Below are positions 62,701-64,000 of a stretch of 64,000 bases of DNA, piece after piece (position 1 is the stretch's first letter; each line of letters begins with the position of its first letter). The stretch lies in the NCBI GenBank assembly GCA_951406725.2, contig OX597827.1, forward strand, positions 52,514,001 to 52,578,000, written 5' to 3'. The stretch is from Octopus vulgaris (lineage: Eukaryota). Position numbers and translations under genes: made by a program. The notes under the pieces are model-generated. The model saw nothing but the letters and a program-made list of their open reading frames with translations. It made no database searches and was not told the origin of the DNA.

Positions 62701-64000
62701 GACTAGGTAGAGTTTGAGTGATTGCCTGACCAGAGGTGTTTAACAGATACCTTGAGCCATTCTAGGAGGAAGTAAAAAAAGGCTGGGTTGAAGAGAAGTT
62801 GGAGTTAAAGTGTATATGGAAATGTAGAAGATTTGATTGAAGTATTATATGAGCTTAATTAAAATACATTGGTGTTGAATATGAGATATCTCCTAATTTG
62901 ATGGAATGGCATCATTTATGCTACTGCTTCTTAGAAAAAAATCTTGTATTTCCTTGATAATATTTTTAGGAATATTGGGAAGAAAAAATATTGAAGTAGA
63001 GGTTTTAAAGGGCTTAAAATTGTAACTAGATATTAATGTTTTTCTGGATTTTTGTTTCTTTTCTTTTTCATTTAGGTCCTGTATTTGGAAACCGTGATTA
63101 TTTCTCTGGGCTAGCAATTTTTCTTGATACGTATAGCAACCATAATGGACCACATAATGTAAGAATTAAGATTTTTCTATATTCCAAAACACTTGACTTA
63201 AGCTTATTTTTACTTATCTCCCCAGCTTAGTACTAGAATTTAGAGAAGCATATTCATTGCCATTGATTACTGTAATATACCTATAGAATGGTGAAAATGA
63301 CTGAGACTATTATAAGATCTGGGGTCGATTTGCTCGACTAAAGGCAGTGCTCTAGCAAGGCCACAGTCAAATGACTGAAACACATGAAAGATATAAATAT
63401 GTTCATATTCACTGCAGGTGTTTTGAATAGGTCACTTATTCCATATGTGTAGTTCAACTGCAGTGTCTTACCTAAGATTTATTTTCTAATTTTAATGTAA
63501 AATTGGTGTTAGCCCTTTTGATACCAATCTGCTTGAGACTGCCTCTGGTTCCATGGCACAAACTTACTGTTTTAAAGTGATCTAAATTATAATCTTCCAT
63601 CAAAATTTTATGTTAATTTGTTCCAGACAGCCGCTTAATAACAAAAAAGATATTTTACTAAATACTTCATTGTTCTAAAAAGTAATTGAAACAAAGACAC
63701 TATATTTCTGTTGAAATATATAATCAAAAAGGTTTAAGCCTCGCCTTTATAGACTTTTGAATAATTATTAATAAAATAACTGTTTGTGTGAAGCTAAAAT
63801 TTGTTCGGATTTTTTTTTTATTATTTATCTTTTATGCTCAAATTATTATTATGCAAAGAACAATTTAAAAGAAAAAAATCTACAAATGAATTTATTCTGC
63901 ATATTTTATTAACAGCATGCCCATCCCTATATATCAGCCATGGTAAATAATGGCTCACTTTCATATGACCACGATGCTGATGGCACCCATACAGAACTTT
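41792..64000 (+). CDS. LMAN2: VIP36/VIPL-family L-type lectin (vesicular integral-membrane protein), 5' part. Exons 41792-41924, 52655-52770, 55480-55594, 63076-63158, 63916->64000 (truncated by the window end)
   Basis: Signal peptide MASLSVGIECCLFTLLLTIFSTVLG, then DYLKREHTLVKPY, YIRLTSDHQSKQGGIWN, RNWELHVQFKVHG..YGDGFSIWYTRDR, GPVFGNRDYFSGLAIFLDTYSN and HPYISAMVNNGSLSYDHDADG, all typical VIP36/VIPL lectin-domain motifs. Introns are GT-AG with consistent phases (1,0,1,0). LMAN2 versus LMAN2L cannot be resolved here; probably a co-orthologue. Confidence 0.9.
48200..49995 (+). mobile_element. Decayed RTE-clade LINE fragments, interrupted by a MITE
   Basis: AIKGLKAEKA.ASLGIVAEMLK, YADDL at ~48898-48912, and a (GAT)n tail near 49990; boundaries approximate. 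Confidence 0.55.
49004..49199. mobile_element. piggyBac-type MITE; second copy at ~63513-63733
   Basis: TTAA|CCCTTTT ... AAAAGGG|TTAA; internal similarity to the 63.5-kb copy. Confidence 0.7.
51071..51959 (-). mobile_element. Internally deleted Tc1/mariner-superfamily transposon
   Basis: ~42-bp imperfect TIRs (CAGGGTGCCCCAGAAGTCACAAAGGGGTTTCAATATTTGATA); minus-strand remnants WFQQDGATAHTA and PSRSPDLTTPNFFL*SYLK; N-terminal MKKYT...IVKFYY. Confidence 0.85.
52655..52770 (+). CDS. LMAN2: LMAN2-like exon 2 (GPSMNIPLWDITGSTMITNNYIRLTSDHQSKQGGIWNSQ)
   Basis: Polypyrimidine tract + ctag| acceptor, donor |gtgagt; 116 nt. Confidence 0.92.
55480..55594 (+). CDS. LMAN2: LMAN2-like exon 3 (PVLVRNWELHVQFKVHGAGRTLYGDGFSIWYTRDRMEL)
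   Basis: Acceptor ttgcag|, donor |gttagt; 115 nt; contains the GDG sugar-binding motif. Confidence 0.92.
57129..58322 (-). mobile_element. Mariner element, internally deleted, with a nested insertion
   Basis: TIRs CGAGGTGGTATCAAAARGTTCCCRGACTA with TA TSDs; KFCIKLGRSATET...EDERSRRP (HTH) and PHLPYSPDLVPTDCHLFPKMK. Confidence 0.9.
57162..57506 (+). mobile_element. Probable non-autonomous Helitron nested in the mariner
   Basis: Starts A|TCTCTATATATATAA and ends CTAG|T; interrupts the mariner between its TIR and the transposase 3' end. Confidence 0.55.
63076..63158 (+). CDS. LMAN2: LMAN2-like exon 4 (GPVFGNRDYFSGLAIFLDTYSNHNGPHN)
   Basis: Acceptor tttag|, donor |gtaaga; 83 nt; DTYxN Ca2+-binding motif. 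Confidence 0.92.
63916..64000 (+). CDS. LMAN2: LMAN2-like exon 5, partial (HAHPYISAMVNNGSLSYDHDADGTHTEL...)
   Basis: Acceptor taacag|; NGS sequon and YDHxxDG motif; runs off the window. Confidence 0.9.

Overview
AT-rich, repeat-dense eukaryotic genomic DNA. The SINE, MITE and microsatellite repertoire suggests an octopod cephalopod (inference). Two intron-containing genes lie head-to-head about 15 kb apart. On the minus strand is a complete 13-exon mitochondrial ABC half-transporter, ABCB10 (CDS 26745->2058, 731 aa from the first in-frame ATG; all introns GT-AG with consistent phases). On the plus strand are the first five exons of an L-type lectin of the VIP36/VIPL family (LMAN2/LMAN2L; ATG at 41792, running off the window end). 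Nearly all other ORFs in the track are spurious or decayed transposon fragments: Tc1/mariner, pogo-type and piggyBac-type MITEs, Helitrons, a Gypsy LTR+gag, R4/Dong, Tx1, RTE, L2, Penelope and tRNA-derived SINEs. The most notable unexplained signals are: (1) short (TA)n-flanked repeats carrying minimal hammerhead-ribozyme-like motifs, three with a shared non-canonical core; (2) two ~500-bp near-perfect fold-back inverted repeats; (3) an acidic FxGF motif left in a pogo-type element; (4) a dense GATA-site cluster in ABCB10 intron 1. TE family names come from motif recognition, not database searches.
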